Assembly: GCA_051362555.1 (NCBI GenBank)
Contig: CM120640.1
Location: 13,144,001-13,208,000, forward strand
Length of the DNA: 64,000 bases
Source of the DNA: Lingula anatina
Lineage: Eukaryota > Animalia > Brachiopoda
Direction of reading: 5' to 3'
Of the stretch, positions 48,501 to 59,482 are shown piece after piece (positions within the stretch are counted from its first letter, which is position 1; the number at the start of each line of letters is the position of its first letter). The translations under genes were made by a program, and so were the position numbers. Below the pieces are notes generated by a model, which ran no database searches, had not been told where the DNA came from, and was given only the letters and a program-made list of their open reading frames with translations.

Positions 48501-51468
48501 TTATGAAACTGTTGGCGGTCAGAAAACACACAGTAAGATATCTTATTTGTTGAAGATCATTGCTGTAGCTAGAGTCCTTGAATTTGGCTCTATCCCAGTT
48601 TGAAGTTCATTAAAAACTTAACAGAAGTAAAAAATTTAACTACGTACCTCCTTGAAATCAAATCTAGGAATGTTTCCATTTAGTTCGGCTCCCCAAAACT
48701 TTTTACCTCCCTTAAGGTAGGTATCACTCAAACGACAGCGGCGAGCCTCAGCACTGAAGTTATGTTTCTTAAGCCAGTCAAGTTGATAGGTGCTCACGTG
48801 ACCATCGTCCCAAGTGACCTCTATATCACCTGTAGTTGGATCCACCTAAAACAGAAAAAAAGCATAATATCCTTTGCCGTTTCGACCACACGTTTTCCTC
48901 AGAAATTTGTGTATTAGCAACGCCAATTGAATTGTATCCACCTTTTCGTTATTATATTAGGTAACTGTAAAGCAAGCACCAAAACCATTCATTTCGACTA
49001 CCATGTACACTGTAGGGCGTATCAGATGCAATAAAGTGAGCGTAATTGGCTACAATGGTAAGCGGAGAAAATCCTCTTGGTACGGAATAGCAGTATACTG
49101 ACGGCTGTAGTGATGCTCTGTTTTATAACAAGAGTTCCCTCGATAGAAGAAAATTTTGGAATAAAAACTGATAGCTACACGTTCCTGGTAGTCGCACCTC
49201 ACCTTGAGCACCAGATTACAGGTGGCAATGAATTATTATGTAATATGAATGTGTAAATAAGATCTTTCGTAATATTACAATACAGGTATTCTTATCGCTA
49301 TCTGGGAATGAAAATTGTCCTGAGCTACTTATCACTTTTGACGCCTTAGTGAGAGAAAAATTTGGGATTTGTATTTAAAAGCAAAGTCCAAAGAGTTTGG
49401 AAGTGGGCAGCTTGAGAAGAGATTACTGTGCGATGAGAATACAACATCCATACCAGTGTGAGCGAAGGCAGTGATACGTTTTATCTTTCTTGCCAGGAAA
49501 ACTTGACTGGTTTCCTTGCCAGGTAAACACTATATACATAAAGCCGTTACCACACCTGTTTCCAATCTAAGTACAGACTTGTCCGTTGACAGGTCAGTCT
49601 CAGTGGCGGATTTAGGAGGGTGTCAGGGGGGCCCTTACCCAGGGGCGGATTGAGGCTGTCTTCTGGGTCTTCCGGAAGACGGTCAAATTTCTAAGTTTAC
49701 ATTGATGAGTAACTAATTTTTTCTGTCGGAAGACGGTCAAAAATTGGAGGATGGATAAACATAGATAATATGGAAGACTGTCAGAAAATATATCTGGATC
49801 CGCCCCTGCTTACCCCCCCTTCGATTTCTGAAAAAAGTCACACGAATGGTCCCCTTTTGAAATTAGAATTTTGACTAGCTGAATCATAGGTCTAAATCGT
49901 ACCAAATGGCACTGTTTGCCCTCTAAAATACCAATATTTTTCGGGGCCCTTCAGTGGGCCCCAAACCCAACGCAAGGAGGAGGGGGGCTAAGGGTCGGCT
50001 TCGCATCCGCAGACCCCTCCCCCCCCCCTCTTCAAATAAACCTGGATTTTCCCCTGAGTCTGACTGGTTAGGCGTGATTAGGCCTATGTAAGAGAGCACT
50101 TGTGTGCGTCCCAGCTTTTGATCAAAGATATCAAAGACTTATAATGTTAATGCATCCATGGGACCGATGAAGTAGTTTTGCAGCGTAAATAATTTACATT
50201 GCAGCACTCAATGACAAGAAAAAGAATCCAATTTCATTGTAAACATGACAAAGAGGGCTCATATAGGTTATATCATAGGCATCCTTTGCCACGGAGTTTC
50301 AAATACACTTTCTTTGTCAAATTCAGACAGTTTCCCACATTACCCTTTAGCCTAGGTCCCAACTACGTTTTGGACGCACGGTTTTTAGGTTCCTTGCGTC
50401 CGGCTAGGACGTAGCTAGATCGCAGGGAAGGAATCAAGTAATGCATTGGTGAAAAGTTTCTACGTGCTGTTTGCGTCCTCCCAAAAGTCGCACAATGGAC
50501 GTGCTCCTCACGCACGAACTCCCACATTTTCCCCATTTTTTTTGGCCGTAAACCACACGTAACAGCCCGTACGTTCGGTTGGGACCTAGGCTTTTGGGTT
50601 ACTGCGCCTATTCACATAATGTCAGAGATAAACATCCAAATATGAACTTTGTATCTACTGAGTATATCAGCTTTTTAGGAGCAGAACCTTAAGAACTGTT
50701 GTGGAGAACATTTCGCAAAACGTAATGGACGGATTTTGATGAATATTTCAGAATAAAAAATTGCTTGGATCCTGGAAAACCAGTCTGGGTCACTGTAAAA
50801 AGTGAATGCTAAAATCCCTGAATAAATTTTCTTTATTCTTATCTTTCATTTACAAATAACATATCATCTTGGTTCTGTACTGTGAAAGATTTGTTTATGT
50901 TTATATACTTAGCATAACTTGATAAATAAATGCATTACCTCACACTCAAATTAGGCCTAACTCAATAAATAAATGCATAATCGAACAGTACACGGACAAT
51001 AATAATATCTTTTTCTATATTTATTCAATCACTATTCCTTTTTTTAATGCTCCATACCTGAAAGGCAGATGCCTTTACGTCCACATTCAATTCAGCCATC
51101 AGCAAACTCCGAGATCTTGAAGAAGGTGAATGACATTCGCTGCACAAGCAACTATCGCGTAGCCAGATGTATGGAAAGCTAGCCATATTGCCGTCCTCCG
51201 AGGCAACATGCAGCATGCGCGTGTTTTCATCAGCACGCACCTGAACACCGTGAGGACACATGTTTAGTGTTGTGTGATGCGAGTCCCGTTCTTTACAAAT
51301 GGGGATCTCCGTGGCAAAAGATTTGCCCGAGTCGAACAGGCAGTTGACATTCTGATATAAGCCCGGGCAGCAAGGCACTCGCCACACCCCCTTCGGTGCT
51401 TTCCATATTTGGCTGGAAGTCACTGACCGGCAGTACAAAGTGCGCGCGAAAGCATATGTCCGAATCAT
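45574..51468 (-). CDS. BBOX1: Gamma-butyrobetaine dioxygenase-like (Fe(II)/2-oxoglutarate; carnitine biosynthesis family)
   Basis: 7 exons: 51468-51058, 48845-48648, 48193-48048, 47720-47615, 47479-47277, 47040-46874, 45743-45574. Zn-site WLRDSCLCSEC plus WDDGH; HTD iron motif; VQFLHCIKQ; DNVRVLHGR; HLEGAYVDWD. These are closer to BBOX than to TMLHE. One-to-one orthology is not established. Confidence 0.9.
45797..46458. mobile_element. Non-autonomous DNA transposon rich in GAATG/CATTC motifs, left end truncated
   Basis: Right end ...CATTCAAGCTCATTCCGCCTCTAGTGTGACTAGGGTAT is inverted relative to left GCAGAATGAGCTGGAATG. Dense internal GAATG/CATTC/TCGAA motifs. Lies in the last BBOX intron. 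Confidence 0.6.
49601..50056. mobile_element. hAT-like MITE (outer), 5-bp TSD
   Basis: Termini CAGTGGCGGATTTAGG and CCTGGATTTTCCCCTG. AGTCT is duplicated on both flanks. Confidence 0.7.
49640..49808. mobile_element. hAT-like MITE (inner, nested), 6-bp TSD
   Basis: Termini CAGGGGCGGAT and ATCCGCCCCTG. CTTACC is duplicated on both flanks. Internal GGAAGAC repeats. Confidence 0.8.
50349..50592. mobile_element. MITE with perfect 15-bp TIR, superfamily uncertain
   Basis: AGCCTAGGTCCCAAC ... GTTGGGACCTAGGCT, with a CpG-rich interior and TTT on both flanks. Confidence 0.75.
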
Positions 51469-53654
51469 TTTGAATGACCAGATGGAGTGTAGGAAATATT
51501 ATCTCATCGGCTTTGCTTGCCCTGGTTAATGTGACCTACTTTTAACTGAAAATAGAATGCTGTGTCTGGAGACGGGTCAATATGTGTAGGGTTTAGCCTT
51601 AAAAAAACATGAAATTAAGACAAAAGGTTCTTCTTATGTAGTTTTGATGACATATCATATTGATCACTATAAAGCTAGTAATAAAGCAAAACAAGTATTT
51701 AGGTCTAGGCGGGGGTTACAACAACCTCGACTGGATCAGCTTTCTAAAGGTGAACCAAATAAAAAAATCAGTGCAAGCAGAGAAGTATAGAATGTCTAGA
51801 ATAACCCTCATATAGTTTGTCTAAATGTCTTTACATAATGAGAGGTACTGATTTGATAGTACTTCCACACAGTAACTGACTCTTGATCAAATGAGCTTTC
51901 ACATGACAACAATCAACCTTGGTTACCGATGGACCCCTGCACGGTCTACCAGTATTACATCACAGGCCAGATTAGAATCCACTGCAGTTCAGAACAGGAC
52001 CGAACTGGGTTGGAATTTTATCTGACCTGTGGCATTTACCCATGACTGTACTTATTTACTAAGGCCCCTTGAAATGAATTTTAATGAAAGGAATATCAAA
52101 GTCATATTGAAACACAGTAGGCTCATGGATACATCGTCCTTGTAAATGACTTCACAAACCCCTTTTTTGTCCATCTACGTAGAAATAAGTCGTACCTTTT
52201 TTTTTTTCAACTTAGTAAAACAGACACCTACTTTACTTTAAATAACCTCTACCCGCCCCTTTCTTTAACCAAGAAAAACGTACCTTAGGAGCCTTGTTCA
52301 TTATTTTGGTCCATAAAGTTTAACGCACATAAATGGTCATTATATAACAACCTGCTGGTAAATTGGCCGCATCCAAAAAATGGGGGTAGGGGAAAGAAAA
52401 CATCCATAATATGAAAATAAAGTGAGATAAATCAATAATTTATAAATTATTATGCATCTGAAAGATATATAATTCTAACTTAATCAGTAAAAAAAATTGG
52501 AGGCCTAACATTGAATAACATGTAAGCCAATGAAGTCAATGGTCACTTCATGTCAAATTTGATGCATTTTCAGGAAAATAGACCAATAACCAAATTTTAA
52601 AGAGAATGAAAGTCAAGATTAATGGTTTACGGTTATTTTTGATAACTTCATTAAAGAGATTTGATGGGTTTCCGTCGTTTATTTAAATTTAAATGGCATC
52701 GTCCTAGAAAATCGTGGCTATTGGATCTTAGTTACAATAATAGCTGTGGTACCTTCATCATCATCAGAGGTTCTCTTCTGTTCAGAGACTGTTTGACTTT
52801 CAGTGTTTGATTTTTTTTTTATATCTTCTCTAAATTAATTTGTGACTTGAGCAGTTAATTAGGATAAATCAGTTTGGCAACTTATTAACTAGCTATTAAT
52901 TGAACGATGTTTTTTTTACATGAAACCTTATGCCATCCAAAATATTATTATGAAAGCCGCGGCCACCGCTGGAAATGTGTGAAAATTTGGCTCTGATCTC
53001 ATTGGAAAAAGAGTATGTAAGTTTAATGAAAAAAATTAGTGAGTAAATTTCGTAACTAATAAATCTGAATGACAGATACAATGACCACAGTCACCACATA
53101 ACTTAACTTTGATTAATGTGACGGGGGCTTTTACGTGTGATAAAAGCGCGTCACTGTAAAGTTATAAACAACTCTCTTTTTCCTCTAAAAGGAATTTTAT
53201 TCTGCGCACACGGACTACATCAAGTTGAAGATGTGACCACAACGTCTCTCCCTCAGTTACTCCTTCCTATGCTACTACTTTCCCGACTCGCAGAACATTT
53301 ACCGAACACACCGAATGCGGCAAAATGCTGCATTTTTATAACAAAATTAGGGCGACAGGTGGTTCACATCTCACGTCAAGGATGGACATTTTTGATTCAA
53401 CATTTACTTAATTATTGGAAATACTGATTCTAGACCTTCGATTTAAATAGTGTGATTTGCCCGGTTCTTTGATTCTTAATATTTAATTTTGACCGAACCG
53501 GAACTGGTCATTTTCCTGAACTAGCGAAGTGCTTATTAAATACTAATACATGACACCAAGAGATAATCAATCTTTCTATATATATCTGCTGTTGCTCTGT
53601 CCTCTGCTTGCAATTTAATTGACGCGTTTGCCGACCACTAGAGGTCATTAATTA

Positions 53655-53995
53655 CGGCACTCATTCGCTGGCCTGAGATCGGAAGGTTATTATGTTTGGT
53701 CAGTGCTTGAACGTCTAATGAGACTTATGTTGTTTTTGCAATCTTATTGTAACTAATGAATTTTAAATGTTTTTAAAACTTAAATTAAGTTCTTACTAAA
53801 ATTTGTAACACTACCGTGTTATATATCGGCACTCATTCGCTGGCCTGAGATCGGAAGGTTATTATGTTTGGTCAGTGCTTGAACGTCTAATGAGACTTAT
53901 GTTGTTTTTGCAATCTTATTGTAACTAATGAATTTTAAATGTTTTTAAAACTTAAATTAAGTTCTTACTAAAATTTGTAACACTACCGTGTTATA
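53655..53995. repeat. Essentially perfect 172-bp tandem duplication
   Basis: CGGCACTCATTCGCTGGCCTGAGATCGG... starts at both 53655 and 53827. Confidence 0.95.
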
Positions 53996-54069
53996 TTAAC
54001 ACTAGAAGATGAGAGATTTTTAGGGGGGGACTGCAAAAACTTGTGGTGTTGCTGCTATATATTTCTTGA

Positions 54070-56053
54070 CCATCAATGGAAATAAGGATCGATATATAGT
54101 TGCTGATAATGTGGAGACTGCTTTTGATTTGTTTCTTATTAAATTCTCTTGATATATCTCAAACAATGATACTGTGTCACTGATTATTTCACGAACCAAG
54201 ATGATCCGACTTTGAACTAATACGTCGTGAAAAAAGCCAGTTCCATACTGACACATTTTGCAGTGCATTTTGCTTGTCATCTTTTTACATACTTATGGGA
54301 TTTTCGAATGGTATAAAAAGCTATCTTTCAAATATGTTAGGAACTGGACTTAAGGGCAAATAAAGAATAAAAGTTGACAGACTTGGTGACTGGTACCCTC
54401 TGTTATCAGGGGCCTCTAAAATAGTTCATAAAATGTAAACATAATTTTGTCAGACTATTAGCGGATACTTCACCTTTTTCAAATTTCTGGTCGTAAATCT
54501 GACTTACTTACCCGTCCCTACAGTTCGTAAAAATTTGCCAAATGACGTAGTAAAGCAGTGTGCTTTACTATTGCGTGTACAACAGCATAGTAATTCAAAC
54601 GAGTTGTCGTTACAACCGAGGATAATAGCACAGAAAGAAAGCAGAAAATATCCATTAAAATATCATTTTCGGCAAATATGAACCATACCTTTCGGTATTC
54701 TTTTAACTTATGCGATTTGTAAATATATGGTACATTTACGTGGCATTAGGTCGGGGTTTGTGGCAAAAACTTTGCTTAAATGCACCTTTCAAGAAATACT
54801 ATAGAGTGTTGTCTAATAGCCTACTTCCCGAAAAACTGTAATGCTTTAAATTAGACAAGAGGGTACGACTTTATTTCACGTTGTTTTACATGTACCTTGG
54901 TGGATAACGAAAAGATGATTGATGTCATTTACAAAAATACAGCATTATCGGCGTGAAGCCCTAATGTGTTTCTATATGACATTGGCATTCCTTGCAAAGA
55001 AATCAACTTTGGTGTACCCAGTATTTGTTACGCCTTTTTTGCAACAGAATAAAACGTGAGCGTAATAAAAAGCACAGTTTGTACCGTACATGTGCATTTT
55101 TTAATCAAAATATTCAAATCTGTTGCATCATTTCTGCTAAGTGGGGGTCAAAATATTCTGAGGTACGCTTCGGTACCTGCAGGGACTAGTTGACCTATGA
55201 TAATGGTTATACAACAGTGTATAACGACATATCAAAGTATTAAATGTTGCGTTGCAGAGGTTATGCAGTGACAGATAAGCCAATCACATTTATTTGACTT
55301 GTAGTATTGATTCATTTGCATAACTGTTGCTATAATCAAAAGCTACACGGGTAGTGCAGTGGTCAGATTTTGGTTAGAGCTCACCACGTACCTGGGTTAA
55401 CTTGTGTTGTTTATTTTAGATAATAGCCTTATCCAGGTAGATTCCAGTATCAGGGCTTTAAAAACTATTACAATGTTCAGCAAGCCCAGCAGGTTTCTTT
55501 ACACTGATGAATATCAAAATATTCTTCTTACTCAAATGAATTCTAAATATATAAATGGAAAAAGATATCAACAGGTCACAGTATAAAGGGACAGTCGGGC
55601 TCATCATTGATCAACAATGGAAATTAAGATCGATATGTAGTTGCTGACATAAAAGAAATCTCTTTGTAATTTTTTGTTATTAATTTCTGTTGACATATCT
55701 CAAATAATGACACTGACGATTTCACGAACTTTTTAAAGATGGTCTGACTTTGCACTAATACTGTACGTTGTGAAATAAGCCAGATACATAAACTTATTTT
55801 ACAGAGTATATGCTGCATTACTTGCACATCGTTTTACTTATGGGGACTTTAAAGGAAATTAAGATGTTATCTTTTAAGTATAGCATAAAATATATAAGGT
55901 AGGCCTACTTATGGAGTATTAGCTACCTCCAACTCGTACCAGTTAATCCAGTAGCGATATTTCCCTAAATTCAGTTACATGTATGTACTGACCTTGATCA
56001 ATGTCTCTATTCAAAAATAATAGTTCGACAATTTACTAAAAGAATTCTAGTTT

Positions 56054-56091
<38 letters not shown>

Positions 56092-57016
56092 TTTAAAACC
56101 GCACTTAACATGCATTTCATTGCTGTTTTCATAAAAATAAAGAGAATCTAAGACCTTAGAAAAAATCGATTGAAAGTGAGACACTAAAATTAATAGACCT
56201 AATGTAAAGGATAATTACATGTTAAGACATAGCCCTAACTTAAAACGCTGTGAAAACGGAATTTTATGATGAGATTAAAACGTAAAACCAGCTGAAAAAC
56301 TAAAAAATGTTAGAAAGTGGACTTAAGTGCAAAAGTAAAAAAGTTGACAGACTTCGTGACTGGTAGGCCTACCCTCTTCTTATATCAAGGACCTCTAAAA
56401 CAGCAAACAAAATTGAAGTATAAATTTGTAATAAACCACATGTACTAGCGGTCAGTGGACCTTAATTACATATTCCTTATCAAAACATTCAAAACTGTTG
56501 CATCATTTTGCCAAGTGGGGGTCATTGATTAGAAACAAAATATTCTGAGGTACGCTACGGTACCTGAAGGTACTAGACGTGTAAGATGACCTAACGCAAT
56601 GGTTATGCAACAGTTTATAATGACATATCAAATAATCATGGTTAAGTAAATGCTGCGTTGCAGAGGTTATGCAGGGACAGATAAACCAATCACATTTATT
56701 TGACTTGTAGTATTGATTCATTTGTAGTATTGATTCATTTGCATAACTGCGGCTATAACCAAAAGCTACACGGGTAGAGCAGTGGTCAGATTTTGGTTAA
56801 AGCTCACCTGGGTTAACTTGGGTTGCATAGGCCTACTTTACATACAGGTAATAGCCTTATCCAGGTAGATTCCAGTATCAGGGCTTAAATAACTATTACA
56901 ATGTTCAACGAGCCCAGCAGGTTTCTTTACACTGATAATTACCAAAATATTCATCTTACTCAAATGAATTTTAAATATATAAAGGAAAAAAGATACTAAC
57001 AGGTCAACTACAGTAT
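54070..57016. repeat. Diverged ~1.4-1.5-kb tandem duplication (54070-55585 vs 55610-57016)
   Basis: Colinear anchors: CAATGGAAAT..GATCGATAT (about 54074/55615), AAAGTTGACAGACTT (54370/56340), GTTGCATCATTT..AAGTGGGGGTCA (about 55122/56497) and ATAGCCTTATCCAGGTAGATTCCAGTATCAGGGCTT (about 55423/56852). The middle parts differ. Confidence 0.9.
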
Positions 57017-57313
57017 CAAAACTGATTCGCTGAGTGGATAATGCAGTTACCGAGGAACAAAAAGAATGTAACTGATATTCAAAATTTATTCTGCTTTTAG
57101 ACTGTGTTAAAACTGCATACCTAGTGAGGGGATGCTTACGGTCAATGTGGGAACTATATTTAAGAAGCCCATCTTGTGCTAGCATTGTACATCGATGCCA
57201 GTTGTTTTGTTTTTCAAACATAGGTCTGTGGTGCAGAAGTTTTAGCTATGAGTTGAAGAAGGGACGTGATATTGCCAGACAGACGCATTATTTTACTGCA
57301 TCATTGTATCTTT

Positions 57314-59192
57314 ATGCCTTTTACAAAGAATGGTAAGATAATTATCCCTGTAGTAATTAAATTGTGTGGGGTAATGTTAACATCATCCGAAAGTTCCTTT
57401 TTGGGTTAATACATGTACGTGTAGTTGCCTGTAGGCTATAGAATGTAGCACAGGAATTTTTGCTTTAGCACCCCTGTTTACGTTTTTTGATATGTTATAT
57501 ATGTGCTAAAGCATGAAAAATATAGGTAAAGCAATGCACTTGTGTTCTCTTAGTCTTCACAAAATCACCATTTCCTCGATCAATACACCCTCTAACAGGC
57601 ATTACCTTGATTACTAGTAGTCACTTAATCCAAAAACTGCATAAAAAGACTAAATAGTACCACAAGTCTACCATAATGGGAAAAACAGTTGGATATTTGA
57701 ATTTAATAAGATACCTATGTCCATGCCAGTACATATCAGAATCATCAGTAGGAGTGATAACGCATGAATTTTCGCGCTACAAAGGAACATGTACATGTAC
57801 ATAAAAGAGATTTTTTATCAGTCTGGTACTATTTTATGTTTTAAATGCAGTCATGCTGAATCAAATAATTTTGATAAAACTTGGGGATGAATTGGCCCAA
57901 AAGGGCCAGCAGTCATTCAAACTCACCCTTCTGAAGTGCACAAAATATTTCAAGCATCAGTTCTCAAATAGGTCCACACAACTTATACACAGTAACAACA
58001 TCATTCAGCAAATATTTGCCTCTACTGCATTTCTACATGCCTGAATGATTCAAAACATTTCTTACTCTCAAAACAACATATGCAGTAACCTTTATGAGAA
58101 TTGGAAGTAAAACAAATAAAATACTTGTTGGAATTAAAACAATGCATTCAAATAAAACTCGCGAGTGAATTAATACAGTAAATATGCCTGTTGCTTGCCA
58201 GCAATTTTAGGTGGGGGGGGGGGGGGGGTCATTTTCAGAAAAAGAAGACCTTTTTACCATGTATGGCTTAGTACTGTTATAATATTAAACTTAGTTAAAT
58301 GACACCTCCCCTCTCATCTCATTGACCCCCCTAAGAATTTGTCATCTATTAAATGAACTGCCTTAGCATATATCATATCACATAATCTTTATGGACAGCG
58401 TGAAATGACACCTGCTGGTACCCACTGCAAGGAATTCTCTACATATCTTTGCTGCACAGACAGCCAAACAGCCAGCCCTAGAAAAAAGAATAAGAAAAAA
58501 GTATTGAAATTAGTTGAAAATTTTGTAATACACAAGTATGGAGTTCCCCATTACAAAATGCAAATCAGATGATGTTTGATATTTAAATATGTGTGACAGT
58601 GTATATTTTTGTAGTGATCTGATTGTTATTTGATAAGTCATAACATTTTGTGCACATAACTGTGAGAAAGTCACTGTTGCAAATGAAGCTTGTCAGCCTT
58701 TGAATCTTCATTGCACATGCATATACATGTGTTTTGTTCACATGTGGAATATGCATATTAATGAGTACTAATTCAAAAAATGGCAAATGTCTTTCAGTGC
58801 AAGGCAATTTCATGAAGCTCCAAAGATGGTCTAGAAACATGCCATTTTTAGCATCTTTCTGTAAAGGGGTACTTCAAACAGCTATAACTTTTTAAAAAAG
58901 ATTTACAAGGCTTTTTAATAGGTATTAGGTCTTATTCTTGCTTTGGTATATATATTTTTGAGAATTCTGTGATGTAGTGGTAGATGACCTGGATGTCTTG
59001 GCTTGGATTGACCCAGCACCCATCTTCTGGATTTCAGATGTCAGAAGAGCCATTGAAGTTCTGGAATGGTTGGCAGAAGAGCTCAGGACCCCTGCTGATG
59101 CCCACCACAGGCTGGCAGTGGTGTCCATGCTGAGGGTGCTCAAGACACAGCTGTTCAGTGCTCTGGTGGACATCTATGAGGACTATGAAGGG
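57314..59192 (+). CDS. N-terminal exons of a divergent DLG1/SAP97-type L27-domain protein; the rest lies beyond the window
   Basis: Exon 57224-57332 has a 19-nt coding part ATG CCT TTT ACA AAG AAT G|GTAAGA. Next exon starts at tttcag|59038. Joined: MPFTKNDVRRAIEVLEWLAEELRTPADAHHRLAVVSMLRVLKTQLFSALVDIYEDYEG, which aligns without gaps to DLG1 MPVRKQDTQRALHLLEEY...IFQSNLFQALIDIQEFYE (recalled), including the phase-1 intron in codon 7. The 3' end at 59192 (GTACAG) is tentative. Confidence 0.8.
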
Positions 59193-59351
59193 GTACAGTG
59201 TTTTTTTTTTTTTTTTTTTGAAAAATTTCAGTATAAGAAAGTACATATACCCAAGTATGGTAAATGCACACTGCATACTCACTCTCTCTCTTACACACAC
59301 TCTCTCTCTCACACACACGAATACAAGTTTATAATCTCATGAACAATAGGT

Positions 59352-59352
<1 letters not shown>

Positions 59353-59400
<48 letters not shown>
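59353..59400. repeat. (TAA)n microsatellite within the LINE 3' UTR
   Basis: About 16 TAA units lie between the ORF2 stop and the poly(A) tail. Confidence 0.9.
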
Positions 59401-59401
<1 letters not shown>

Positions 59402-59482
59402 GATCGATACCACAATGTATTCATCCATAACTACAACATATTATTAAACAAGCAAAAAGTGCAAAATATTAGTTTGCTGAAG

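Noticed and set aside
59353-59400. (TAA)n as the 3' terminus of the LINE
   Set aside because: A poly(A) tail abutting the TSD lies further out at 59201-59219, so the microsatellite is internal to the 3' UTR.
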